This document shows, piece by piece, positions 51,765-63,457 of a DNA stretch of 63,845 nucleotides (the stretch's first letter is position 1; the number at the start of each line of letters is the position of its first letter). This stretch comes from Podarcis bocagei (Eukaryota): the NCBI GenBank assembly GCA_964188305.1, contig OZ076885.1; one strand, given 5' to 3'. The translations under genes and the position numbers were made by a program. Under the pieces are notes generated by a model. It ran no database searches and was not told the origin of the DNA. It worked only from the letters and a program-made list of their open reading frames with translations.

Positions 51765-52040
51765 GTAAGAAAATGGTGCAGGGCTTGGCTTGGTTTTCTT
51801 TTCTTTGGAAAATGTTACTTTGAGGAAGGGAGTAGGATGTTTGTTTTCAGAAGGAAATTAAGAGCTGACTGCATGATAACCCCAGTAATGAAATGGATAT
51901 GACAGCTTCATCTGACTCTCTTTATGTCTGCACCTGCAGCTTCAGGTATTGTCCTGTACTGGCTTTCCATTGTGCAAAAGCAGCTGAGAGATCCCATCTG
52001 CAGGGCATAATTGATACAATTGATGTACTCTCTTCCACAG

Positions 52041-52144
52041 CAAAAGAAGAGGAAAAACAGAAATTACTGAAATGGAGTTCAGATTTAAAACAGGAAAGGG
52101 AGCAGCTAGAACAGAAAGTCAAACAGCTCAGCAATTCTATAACA
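52041..52144 (+). CDS. PHF21A: PHF21A coiled-coil exon ([18 protein letters not shown]...LSNSIT), 104 nt
   Basis: Translation; acceptor ccacag, donor gtaagt; 76+104 nt restores frame. Confidence 0.96.
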
Positions 52145-52598
52145 GTAAGTATTGCTGTGCTAAATGATGGTTTGTTTATCCTCTGTGTTCCGCTAGAAGC
52201 TACAGTCGTGAATCTTAGAAAATGACTGTTTACTGTGACCAATCACGGTATCAGTTCTGAGCCGTGCTTCACCACAGCTTTGTCATGGTGGTGTTTTTTA
52301 AAAGTCTCAGAGGCGTCTTATGTTTGTTAGAGCTTCTTTTTCTCTGGTAAGTCATAGTTGTAATCTATATGCTGTAGTCGTGGCTGTGAAATAGCATTTG
52401 CTTTCTTTGAACTCTGGTTTGCTATGTGGGCCGTATTTGGTATGGGAGCCATGTTGTATCCACCAGGTACTCTGACAAAGAATCTGTTTTTGCAGTCTCT
52501 TGTGGATCTTGGAATCCCTTTGCTTTAACTTTCATTCTCGTTTGGGCCTTTTTTTATGAGCGCACTCATTAATGCAATGTCGTTCCAATCTGCTTCAG

Positions 52599-52856
52599 AA
52601 ATGTATGGAAATGAAGAACACCATCCTGGCAAAACAGAAGGAAATGCACAGTTCATTGGAGAAGGTAAAACAGTTAATTCGCCTCATCCAGGGCATCAAC
52701 CTTTCAAAACCCATAAACTCTGAGGGCAGTTCCGTCGCCATCTCCAATGGCATGGACTCCACCAATAACGCAAAGGCTGCCGCTGCCTCCACCCCAGCCT
52801 CTTCCCCCTCCCAGAGCTGCATGGTGAACTGTACCAAGGGCGACGAGACTAAATAA
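52599..52856 (+). CDS. PHF21A: PHF21A last coding exon ([13 protein letters not shown]...KGDETK*)
   Basis: Translation ends at TAA 52854-52856; acceptor gcttcag. Confidence 0.96.
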   Translation, partial: KCMEMKNTILAKQKEMHSSLEKVKQLIRLIQGINLSKPINSEGSSVAISNGMDSTNNAKAAAASTPASSPSQSCMVNCTKGDETK

Positions 52857-53058
52857 CATAGCACATGAAGAAGGAGCCGGGGGAGATGGCGGCGAGGCAG
52901 AAGAGCAAAACAATAAAACTCTAGAAAAGAAAAGCTGGATTTCTTCTGGAAAGCGCAGAACTCTTTGGTTCCAGAAAGAGCGCGAAGAGGCTTGTGCCAG
53001 GCGGCACCAGAGTTGCCAATCGATCCTCCTTATTCTGTGTGTACGTGCAAAGTTTGGA

Positions 53059-53234
53059 NNNNNNNNNNNNNNNNNNNNNNNNNNNNNNNNNNNNNNNNNN
53101 NNNNNNNNNNNNNNNNNNNNNNNNNNNNNNNNNNNNNNNNNNNNNNNNNNNNNNNNNNNNNNNNNNNNNNNNNNNNNNNNNNNNNNNNNNNNNNNNNNNN
53201 NNNNNNNNNNNNNNNNNNNNNNNNNNNNNNNNNN
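53059..53234. other. N-run (176 nt gap or mask)
   Basis: Directly visible. Confidence 0.99.
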
Positions 53235-54052
53235 GGGAGGAGGAGCAGGTTTCAAATCTTATCTGCAGACCAGTTTGTTTAGCTAAGGAAACTTCAAGTC
53301 CAAAGAGCCTGTGGGCTTTTCCTGTTTCTGAATTCTCCGTACTACTAAACCAAAAATCCAGAAATATGAATTAACAAGTCCTAGGGTCCAGAGGGGTGGG
53401 GTGGTGGGAGTGGGGACCAAGCCTATCCAATAAGCAGTATTCACTATTGTTTTGACAGGAGAGACAAAAAGGAATGGGGAAGGGTTTTTCACTAAGAATC
53501 TAGGGCACACTCAGGCTGGGGATTACTAGATTGGCAGCTTTGGGTTTATCCACTTTTCCCCCCAAATAGACAAGTGAAATAAATTGCTGGTTTGGGCATC
53601 ACATTGGCCCAGGAAGCTTTTGCTGAGGAAGAGGAGAAGGGAGGGGGACTAATATAACCAGCCTGGGGTTTCAGAAAAGCAGGTCACGACTGAAATGAAA
53701 ATTCCAACTTTTTTTTTTCTACACTTGTCAAGCAAAAGTGATATTCCAAACAGTACAGCACATGTCCCAAACATATGGCCCAAATAGTAAAAAAAAACAA
53801 AAAAAATTAAAATGCCTGTTTCCTTTGTTTCCTTTCTCTTTTGGTTACAAATGTAAGGAATAGAAAAGCTGTTTTTTTCAGGCTGACAGTCCGATTAAAG
53901 AGGTAGATGGGACCTTGCATGGTATAGATTAGAAGTAATAGTGTCAGTGAGATACAGTGAGTCTTTGTGAGTCCGTGTGTCATCGTTTTGGGCACTGTTT
54001 TTTATGCAAGGGCAAAATCTTTGTATCTGGGGGAAAAACAACTTTTTTAAAT

Positions 54053-54212
54053 NNNNNNNNNNNNNNNNNNNNNNNNNNNNNNNNNNNNNNNNNNNNNNNN
54101 NNNNNNNNNNNNNNNNNNNNNNNNNNNNNNNNNNNNNNNNNNNNNNNNNNNNNNNNNNNNNNNNNNNNNNNNNNNNNNNNNNNNNNNNNNNNNNNNNNNN
54201 NNNNNNNNNNNN
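54053..54212. other. N-run (160 nt gap or mask)
   Basis: Directly visible. Confidence 0.99.
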
Positions 54213-57168
54213 TTTTAACACAGGTTTTGCTTATGATGTTGCCATTCTGCTGTGTTTCTGTTTGAAAAATGCCTTGGGGGTGAGTGTCGAGAGATTGTCA
54301 TGCCATTCAAATAGCCTGTGGGGTTGAACTGCATCCAATCTGCAAACCTTCCTCCAACTGGTGGAATCTCTCCTCTGTTAAGCTCTCCTAATTAACTCTT
54401 GTGCTTAAAAGCACAAGAGAGCATTGGCAGCATTTAAAAATCTTTGTCGTTATAGCACCTAGATTATAGGGAGAACGTGGAGACAAAGGATTTTAGCGTT
54501 GGGATCTGGCTCTGCTTAGCACAGCTTGTCTGTCTTCTGAAGCAAATTGTCGCAGTAATTTCATGCTATTAAAATGCTGGTGCTGGACATGAGATGAGCG
54601 AGTCTGAAATAGCCACCTTTGCATAGACAAGTGCAAATGGCCAATATTTCATACCCTTTCACTTCCATGGCAGCACTCATGTTGGCGTAAGTCATGGCAG
54701 TCAGCCCAGGTCCATGTTAGAAAGTCTCTCCTCTGTCAGACAGCCAGTGATGGTGCTGCCGTGCTTTCACTATTATGTGTTGAAGAACTATGCATCCTAA
54801 TGCACTTTATTTACATAATCATCTGAATTTTGTTCCTGCCACTCATTGTTTGTGGCGGTTTCTTTACTTCTAGCCTCCAATCTTGTCCCTCAAGGACTCC
54901 TCAGTGACACTCAGTTATGCTCACGGTCCAGCAGCTGATCTTTTATCATTATACATATCAGTGAAGAGTAAGGACAATTCGTGTCAAATAGCCTTAGCTT
55001 TACGTTTGAAAAAGATCAGGCCTTACCATTTGACTTTTGATACTCCATAGTGAAGTTGGCAGCTTTCTAAGTACCTGGTGTTATTAGCAAGTAAAGCCAG
55101 AAGGCAGCCAATCAGGAAAATTGCTCAGAGGAAATAACACTTTTTATAGCAATACACAGAACAAAATATCATTGGGGGCATGTTTGAGAGGCCTTTTCAT
55201 CTTGTGACCTACCAATACAAATGTAGCCCACCAGATCCCTGATAATCCTAGTTTTGCCTGCCTTTGAGTGCAGCAAACAAGCAACCGTGTGTGTTGGGTG
55301 GTTTGCATTTGGCTTGATGGGTCACGCAATTTGCAAACCTACATTTAGATATTCTGAGTGTAATGGGTGAAAAATAGACAAGTCCTCATATTTCAGGCCA
55401 GAAGCTGGATTTCCAGCAGCAAGGAACAGGAGGAAGCCAATTACCCTCTTCTGGTTGATAAATTGGTGTTGGCTGTTGACAGAGGCAGGCGAATGGGATT
55501 TCTGATTTCAGCTGTTCCCATGTGCATGTGGCCCTTCCTTCCCCTCACCAAACACACTTGCCATCCTTGTATTCTTTTCCCTTAAAGCCATAGGTTCATT
55601 CAGAATGGCCACACATGCATGAATTTGGGCAGTGGCTATCATGCCCTCTTAGCCTATGATGTAAGGTGCAGGGAGTGCAGAACTATTTGCTTTATCTTAA
55701 ACATGGAACAGGTGCCAAAAACAGGTGATCTTGTGTTGAATTCTCTGCCTCCTTTGTGTTTCAGGCCATAAAAATTTGTACCACACAGAGAGGGAAGACT
55801 AGAGCTCAGTGCAAGGCTGTTGTTGGGGGAAGGGGAAGAGAGTCGTGTGTTGATCTGTGCTGAGGAAGGGGCATTTGTCTGCTACCTTCCACTTTAAAGC
55901 AATTTAAAAACTGTGCCTCAGCAAAGTAGTATTAATAACATGCTATCTTTATGCCCCCACAATGGGGCTGACAGTTGGTCCCTGGTACTTTCTGAAGGGA
56001 AAACAATTTATTATACAAAGGTCTCCCATGTGTTGAAACCCTGCTTTGGATTTAGCCATGGGATTTTTTTTGGGGGGGGGATTACTTTACATTTGGCCTC
56101 TCTTGACTAGTGACATCTGTGGTATAACTTTGCTTAGCCTGCAGCACTGGAGTGATCAGCTAGTTTAAAGTGAAGAGCAGCAAGGTACTCTTGTGAATCT
56201 TTAATTTTGTCATTCTTCTGATTTTGTGTGTACTTCTCTCCTTGCCCCTTCACCCCCGCCTCGCTGGCATCTCCTGTCCTGGAAATGCCACCAGCTAAGT
56301 TTAAGAGGGATTTGGCTTCTGGAAATATAGCCAAAGGAGAAAATAAAGTTTGGGCATGTTTTGTTTGGCTGTGCAGAAAGATCCTTGCTTGGGTAGCAGA
56401 TGTGTCAGATTTCCTTTTGCCTTGAGAAAACGTAGGGGAACCACAGTATCTTTGTTCATCAGGGTATCAAGTTTGTCACCCTGATTTTCTTAGAATTCAG
56501 AAATATAATTAGTACTATGAGAGGACAGTGTTCTGCACCTGAAGGCTGGATCCTAGCTAGTTGCTTGCATGCAAATGACATTGCCTCTTTACATCCTACT
56601 CCTAAACATTCTGCAGGAGTTGCCTGCTGCTGCCTTGGCTCATTTGTGGTACGCTGTGTGAACGTCAGGGTGTACACTCATGTGCTGGTGCAGCAAAGTC
56701 CAGAGAGTACCCATCCATATTTGAGGTTGCAGCCGGGAGTTTTTATTTGCTTATTTGCAATTGAAAATGGAAAGAATGGCTTGTGTGGTCAGACTCCATT
56801 AGTAGTTATAAGGTGGAACCTATTTGAACTTGTGACTTTTCTGACACTAAAGAAGTCTTGTACCAGATTTACATCTTTTTTTTTTTACTGAAGAGGCACT
56901 GTCACAAGAATAACTCCAGCTTCCTAGTTGTTGGGAAATTGCAGCAAGCATAGCCCATGCATTTGTGATTGGAAAATACAAATTAGAAGATGATAGTCGG
57001 TACTTGTGCAAAAACAACATTTCTCTCATTTGGGCCAACAATTCTGTGTACTATCTTTACTGCTTTTATTTCACTTCTTTCAAACCATTTTAAGTCTGAC
57101 CATTATTTATGTCAAAATAAAAAAATTCTTTCCAGTAGCACCTTAAAGACCAACTATGGTATGGTATG

Positions 57169-57206
57169 GTATGAGCTTTCGTGTGCATGCACACTTCTTC
57201 AGATAC
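57169..57206 (-). ncRNA. Minimal hammerhead ribozyme motif, mirror copy
   Basis: Exact reverse complement of 57228-57265. Confidence 0.7.
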
Positions 57207-57227
57207 ACAGTGTGTATTCTTCAGTGT

Positions 57228-57265
57228 GTATCTGAAGAAGTGTGCATGCACACGAAAGCTCATAC
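57228..57265 (+). ncRNA. Minimal type I hammerhead ribozyme motif (Penelope-type)
   Basis: GUAU-CUGAAGA-A-GUGUGCAUGCACAC-GAAA-GC-UC-AUAC: stem I GUAU/AUAC, intact core, palindromic stem II, minimal helix III. Confidence 0.72.
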
Positions 57266-59169
57266 CAAGAACTAACTTAGTTGGTCTTTAAGGTGCTACT
57301 GGAAGGAATTTTTTTATTTTGACTATGGCAGACCAACACGGCTACCTATCTGTAACTGGAACCATTATTTATGTAACCTTTTAAATTCCCCTAAAATGTG
57401 ACTGCGGTTCATGACCCCAGCCCCAGCACTGTAACGCTGCTATTTTAGTTTGGTGCCCTTGGTCAATCCAGTAATGCAGTGTACATCTAACAGCGTCCCC
57501 AGTCAAACAGGTTTGCAAATGCAGCTGTTTCCTGTGTCCCACACACTGCTAGGTTTAAGGGGGAAGTCCCACAGTTGTGTCTGGGTCCAGGGTAAGCAGA
57601 AATGCCTACCCCCCCCTCCCCTCAAAAAAGTTTAGGAGGCTTTTTTTTACTTGTTTTCTAATATGTATGCAGGTTAGAACAATGCTCAATTACGTGCTAA
57701 ATCCCGGTTTAACCCTCTGCAAATGACATTGCAGGTCACAAAAACAGAAAGGCCTAAACTCAGTGACAATTACAGCATCTAATTTCCCTCCCATCCCATC
57801 CCATGAGGATGATAAGAAGCCTCTTTGTTATGGGGTCTATAATTTTGCCCAGGTGCTGAGTGTTTCTTTACATGACCAAGAATGGACAACAGCAAACATT
57901 CCCAGGTGAAGCTGTCATTATCTGCATCAGTGTTGGCAGCTTTTAGAAATAGCTCTGCACAGCACCTCCATTTTTATTGTGGTTGGAATAAAGTTATTGA
58001 CCCTGGCATTTATCATCCCCCTTCCCCTAGCACATACTCCTCTTGAGTTTAGCCAGGGCTCCCTTTGCAGCTCAGTTATGTGAGCCTAGAGGGTGAGTGT
58101 TGAGTCCACCATCCACTCCCCCAGCAATAAGCGCTGTACCTGCATCCCAGTCTGCTGGGGAGTCTGCTCACTCCACAGTGCCACACCTGTACATCCCCAC
58201 AGTGAAGGAAGGCGCCTTGTTGAGAGAATGTGCTTTAGCAAGGATTGGACTAAGCTGGTCCTTCACTCTTCCTATGGCATGGAACAACAGCAGGGGTCTA
58301 CACACCCTTGCTGGTTGCATTGGAGTCTCATGAGGACACCAGTTGAAAAGTCCTATTAGTGCCAATTTACATTATGAACAACAGGCCTGTGAGAAGTGAA
58401 CCAAGACAAGAACGGGCATTATCAATAAAGTTTTATCTTGAAATTGTATGTCAGTTTGGTCATATCCGAACTAGCAAATACTGAATAGTCCTTAGCTTTT
58501 CTACTCTGTCAAGTCCAAGTGGTTTGTTGGATGTTACACTCACCTGTGGCTTATGTTGTAGTTTCATTCCATTCTTCGGTAGTAGAGGAACCGGCAGTGA
58601 GCTGCTTACAAGCCAACTATCCCATCTGTGTCTCAAGACCATTGTTGAAGCCAGAATATTTCTAGTAACTGGAATAAGGACTCTTTGAAATAAGTGGTCT
58701 GTGAAAGAGGCCATGACCCTAAAAGGAAATTCACAGCCTTTGTTTTTAAGGCAGTGGGTTTCTAAACCCTCCTCCCCCATGTACACTGATGTATTGATTC
58801 ATACATAGCCAGCATCCTCCCATCTCTTCTTCTCCTGATGTTTGTGCCAGATAAACTCAACCTCACTCGTGCTGCCTCTGCATCCATCCTGAGTTCCCAT
58901 ACCTTTAAGTGAACTGGGCACAATATTGCTTTCACAGATCAACACCCTGTGAATGTTATATGGATGCATGACTTCTGTTGGTTAGGTGGGTTTCTTTTTT
59001 GTTAAGTTTTTCTTTTTCTTTTTTTAAGAAATTGAATAGCCTGGTGCTCATAGTGATTTGCAGTCTCTTTGCTGCCTTCTTTTCTGTAGCCTTCCAGTCC
59101 CTTGTGGGTTTGGTACAATTGTGTCTAGATTTTAGTCTATTAAGGTGGGAAGAAAAAGAAGGGGTCCAG

Positions 59170-59213
59170 AATAAACGATCAATTTGTATTTATTTAACAT
59201 TTTACTAAATAAA
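59170..59213 (+). terminator. Candidate distal polyadenylation signals (AATAAA at 59170 and 59208)
   Basis: Two hexamers, TGTA at 59185, GU-rich downstream sequence. Confidence 0.55.
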
Positions 59214-62200
59214 ACTATGAAATCTATTGTCTCTAGTTGTTTATCATGCAGCTGTGTTCATGTGTGCTGATCACCCTTTGCTTTATCCACACTGAAGCTG
59301 CAAACGAAGAGAAATGCAGCTTCTCCCATCAAAGCTGAAGGTTTAACTGCAAACAGGTATGTTGTGCCACACCCTAAAGGTGCAGACACTGCAGGCAGAT
59401 CAATATTGGCACTTCCAGGATTTGGAAAGGCGGCTGCTTGCCAATCATGGCAGGGGTACTGCCAGGGAGCTAAGAATACATAATTGAATGAAACTAAGGC
59501 TAGCCCAAGGCCTAATTCTGTCTTGTATTTCTAGTGTAGGCCCCATATAAATAGAGAATACTCAGAGCTGTGTTTCAGCTCCTCTCTCCCATCCTTTCAA
59601 TTCTCCTCACTTGGCCTTTTCCCCTGGGGCCCCATTGCAACAGTTTTCTTCACCATCACATGCTTATAGTATAGGGAAGAGTCTTTTGTCCATTTAGTGC
59701 TCTGCTATCCTATATTGAGCTCCTTTCTCCCATTTTCAAAATCCTCCAGTGCAATGAGGTCTTTTCCCAGCTGTGCTGACCTTATGCTTCCCTCCAGTCC
59801 TCCTCATTCTACACTTCGAGGCTCTTCTTCCGAGCAGTTAGAGGTTTGATATCACAACTGATCAGCCATAAAAGCAGGTAGGGGACCTTTACAGCACACC
59901 TGCAAAGCTGAACCTCTCCTATACTTATTATTTCTTGGCCTGTAGAAAAATAAAATACAAAGTTTTATAATGATAAAGAGTCTGGGCTTCAGTTTCCCTT
60001 CTTTACAGAATTTAAAGCTCCCTGGACCTGCAAGGAGAGTTGGCAATGACCTGAACTTGGCAAAGTCTACTGCAGTCACTGACAGCTTGGTCCTATAAGG
60101 GCTGTAGAGTAAGTCAAGTGTGCTTCAACTTCTGGGAATAGCTTCCTGTATGGATTGTGCTAAGTGGGTGGTAACTAAGTTTTACTCAGAAAGTAGACCT
60201 GTTGAAAATAATGACTAATTAACTTGACTAAGGCCCACTAATTTCAGTGGATCTACTTCGAGTAAAAGAAAGTTGGATACCATGCAGAATACTTTCCTGT
60301 CCCTGGCAGATTTGTGGGTTGTAGCCAAGAGTTCCCTGAAGGAATTGTTTCTCTAGTTTGTTCTCTCCCCTGTTCCTCATTTTAATGACTAGTAGAAATG
60401 AGGAACGCATTAATACTACGCGGACATAATAACCAAACAACTCTCACAGCAGCTTGAAAAGGATTTTCCTCAAAACTTTAATGTTTTTTAAAAAGGAATA
60501 CTTGTGCCCATGCTGTACAGTGCTGAGTGTGGGACAGTTTCAACGTTTACATCAGCCTGTCTAGAGGGATGGAAAACTTTAATCCCAGCACTTTGGAAGC
60601 TCTTGAATTCCATGAAATCAAAGGAAAAAATCAAAGAGTCCAGCAGCAGAAGACCCTAGACAGACTCCAGAACGAAAGAGAGAAACTACCAGAAAATCTA
60701 TGACACCCAAATCATTTACAGCTTGTGAGAAATCACCTTAAATTATATAAACAGCAAGGAAAGAGTTTTCCCATTACATCTCCATCCTTGTGCTCCAGTG
60801 TTTGATAATTGTGGACCATGGCTGGGCTGAAGCTGCTCCCAGCACAGACATTCAGCTACAGCATACATAACAGACCCTACGTCAGTTGCAGATACAGCAA
60901 GATGCTCATGTGTTCCTTTCTTCAAGAAGTGGAATTAGTCCCTTCGAGCATCAGGTTCACCAAGCAGCTATCAGGACGGAAGCCTGCATGCAATGACTTG
61001 CCTACTTCCATGGTTGCACAGACTTAATCTGTAATCAGCTGTGACACTTAACTGCATCTAGACTGAAGACAATCCAATTCCATTATGGACTCCTGCACAA
61101 GGCCCAATTGTGCAGTCCTTGGTCCTGATCATACAAACACACAGTTTGAGCTGATATTACTCAGGAAAGCAGCTGATCAAGGCCATAGTCCAGCAGATAT
61201 AGGAAGGGCAAGACTTGCGTTCCTCCATGGGAGGGGGAAAGTATGTTTGGCAATGATGTGCAACATCAAGCTAAACGAGATTTACTGAGTAGTAGCCATG
61301 ATAAGAGGTTCTATTTAGCTCCGGTGAGATGAACTACACCTGCATTTTAGATGTGGGGGTGGGGGGCGAATAGGCAAGCAGGGTTTGGGCTTTTCCCAAA
61401 ATGCCCTGCTTACACATTTTCAAGGACTCTCGCCTGAATCCTGTTGGAAAGAAGTTCGTTTGGACTAAAGGGATCTTGGTTTCAGCCATGTACTCACAGC
61501 AAAGCATGTGCGCTATATAGCCCCTGTAACAAGGACCTGGCTTTGCTTACACTAGGCTTTTTTCTAGATAGTAAAGTTATCCATGAAGTAGGCACAAGGC
61601 AGATTGAAGAGAAGGTTCCTTACCACTACCCCTGACAGCCACATTTCTTGGTGGGCAATTTCCCAGAAGCCATGTGGTGGTGGTCAATAGCACCGAAGGC
61701 AGAATGTGGGTGAAGCAACAGTTGTGACTCTTCTGCCTTGTGTAGTTGTGTGTGTGTTATGGGAAACCCTGTGCTAAAATATTTTCTATTCCAGTGCAGG
61801 GCTTCTCTACACACACATTATAAAAAGGAAAGGAAAGGCTGCACCCATAGAGATAAGCAGGGACACATGCAGCCCCTAGGCCTCAGGTTCCCCACTTTAA
61901 ACTTTCACAATAGGTCCCACATCATCCTTTTCCCATCAGTAAAGCCCTGATCCATGACCAACAGGAAGGCTATGCAGATTTGTAAAAGGGTACAGGCAAC
62001 CCCTGTTTTGCATGGGTTCAAAGAATGTGCAACTGTGCACACATATGCTGGTTTTGGACCTGCAAGATGGTGTTACAGGGTCGGGTGGGCTTATGCATGC
62101 TCCACCAACATGCACAGTACCCTGACGTACAACCCATGCACAAATTGAGTTGCCTGTATATGCATACAGTCCCTCTTGCCACATATATAGGAATAGCTCA

Positions 62201-62848
62201 CAAAAGATTTTCTAGATGCTCACTTTATATGATTTAGTCATAATTGCCCTATTTCGGTTTTGGCTTAGAGGGGACAAATGAAAGAGCTGGAAATAAGATG
62301 GGGCTACTACACTGATAGAGGGACACAAGACATTAGTAGAAGTCTCAATTTCCACGTCTAATCTACCTTTCTACCACAGGAAACAGGTGACTGTAGCTGA
62401 ATTAAGGCATCAGGCTCGTGGGGTGGGAAAAGCCCACCTTCAAAACAGCAACAGAGGAAGTTGCTTTAGAGTCAGGCCACTGGTACACCAACAGGAAGTG
62501 GCTCTCCAGGATGTCAGCTCAGGAGCACACCTTCCCTCCTCTTCATTCCCATGCTTCGCCCCTCAATTTGGAAACAGATGTACACAAATGTATGGAACTT
62601 GCCTGATTTAGATTGGGAGCATTGTTTTGATTGGCTCCATAGCCCTGAATGATATGCCACCTGCCCCGCCCCAACCGGCTGCAATTGTACCCACAACTTA
62701 GACAAAGTGTGTAGCACCCGTCTACCATTGGGAGAGTGGCTCTGCCGTAGGTCTGAACTGCTCCAGGACACGAGCGTGGTCCGCTGTCCCTCCTCTGCAG
62801 GGCATGAGTTGCCTTGCACGGACTGTCCTTTGGTGTGTGTCTTGCCGT

Positions 62849-63046
62849 TCACAGGCTTCTCTCGGCAGTGAGGTATTTGAGTGCAGCGGCGCCATACTTG
62901 CGCGACAGGTCCTGGTGGAACTCCTCCCGCAGGGTCTCCAGGCAGTCGCGGTAAGTGGAGCTCAGGCGGAACTTGGAGATGTCAAAACTGGGTGCGTGAG
63001 GCATATGGATCATGAAGGCATTGGGCAAGACCAGCAGCTCATTCTC
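62849..63046 (-). CDS. LARGE2: LARGE2 (GYLTL1B) last coding exon ([27 protein letters not shown]...[10 protein letters not shown])
   Basis: C-terminus of the LARGE-family glucuronyltransferase domain; acceptor tttttgcag on - strand; LARGE2 rather than LARGE1 from known tail-to-tail adjacency to PHF21A and residues YRDCL, FHQDLSR. Confidence 0.92.
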   Translation of the reverse strand, partial: ENELLVLPNAFMIHMPHAPSFDISKFRLSSTYRDCLETLREEFHQDLSRKYGAAALKYLTAERSL

Positions 63047-63168
63047 CTGCAAAAAGGCATGAAGTTGCTAGAAAGGCCGGCTCCCTCGGAAGCCACACAC
63101 CCCAGCCCTGGATTTCTGGGAACGCATAAAGAGGCAACCTTGCAGGAGACATTAAGCAGCACACTCAC

Positions 63169-63364
63169 CTGGGCGTCAAGCTCCATGATGTGAGACACCT
63201 TGTTCCAGCCGAAACCGACAAATCTCTGGTCGTACAGGGGGCAGTCGCGCCTCACTACAACGTAAGGCTCAAAGTGCAGCTGCCACTCCACGCGATAGGG
63301 CACCGTGGCTGTCCGCCACTTGGCATAGTCCGTTGGGGCATGGCCCTGAGGCCACACATGGTAC
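63169..63364 (-). CDS. LARGE2: LARGE2 penultimate coding exon ([20 protein letters not shown]...[18 protein letters not shown]), 196 nt
   Basis: FEPYVVV and GFGWNKV motifs of the LARGE GT49 domain; gtgtgcag acceptor, gtgagt donor; 122-nt intron to the last exon. Confidence 0.93.
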
Positions 63365-63404
63365 CTGCACACAGATACACAAGGGAGCTGAGAAAAGTCT
63401 GCAC

Positions 63405-63457
63405 CTCGGACTCCTTGTCTCCTAGTCTGACACTCCGACCACTGCACCACACTGGCT
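63405..63457 (-). mobile_element. tRNA-derived SINE head fragment in a LARGE2 intron
   Basis: Minus strand agccagtgtggtgcagtggtcggagtgtcagactag (A-box-like). Confidence 0.5.

Larger units (their letters stand above)
57113..57360. mobile_element. Palindromic Penelope-like remnant, copy 3, in the putative PHF21A 3'UTR
   Basis: Inverted arms about 57111-57210 / 57225-57323 plus tail; direct repeat ACCATTATTTATGT at 57099-57112 and 57361-57374. Confidence 0.82.
52857..59230 (+). other. PHF21A: Putative long PHF21A 3'UTR (end point uncertain)
   Basis: Follows the stop codon; several AATAAA (52912, 53578, about 57987, 58424, 59170, 59208); the last pair has an upstream U-rich tract and downstream GU-rich sequence. 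Confidence 0.5.

Noticed and set aside
54802-54809. miR-17-family 8mer GCACTTTA in the putative 3'UTR
   Set aside because: A single seed match in about 6 kb is uninformative without conservation data
57111-57323. Pre-miRNA or DNA-transposon MITE interpretation of the palindromes
   Set aside because: Asymmetric tail outside the inverted repeat, variable 11-14 bp TSDs and hammerhead motifs fit Penelope-like retroelement ends better
62849-63364. LARGE1 as the gene identity
   Set aside because: Compact 122-nt intron, adjacency to PHF21A and LARGE2-like residues favour LARGE2
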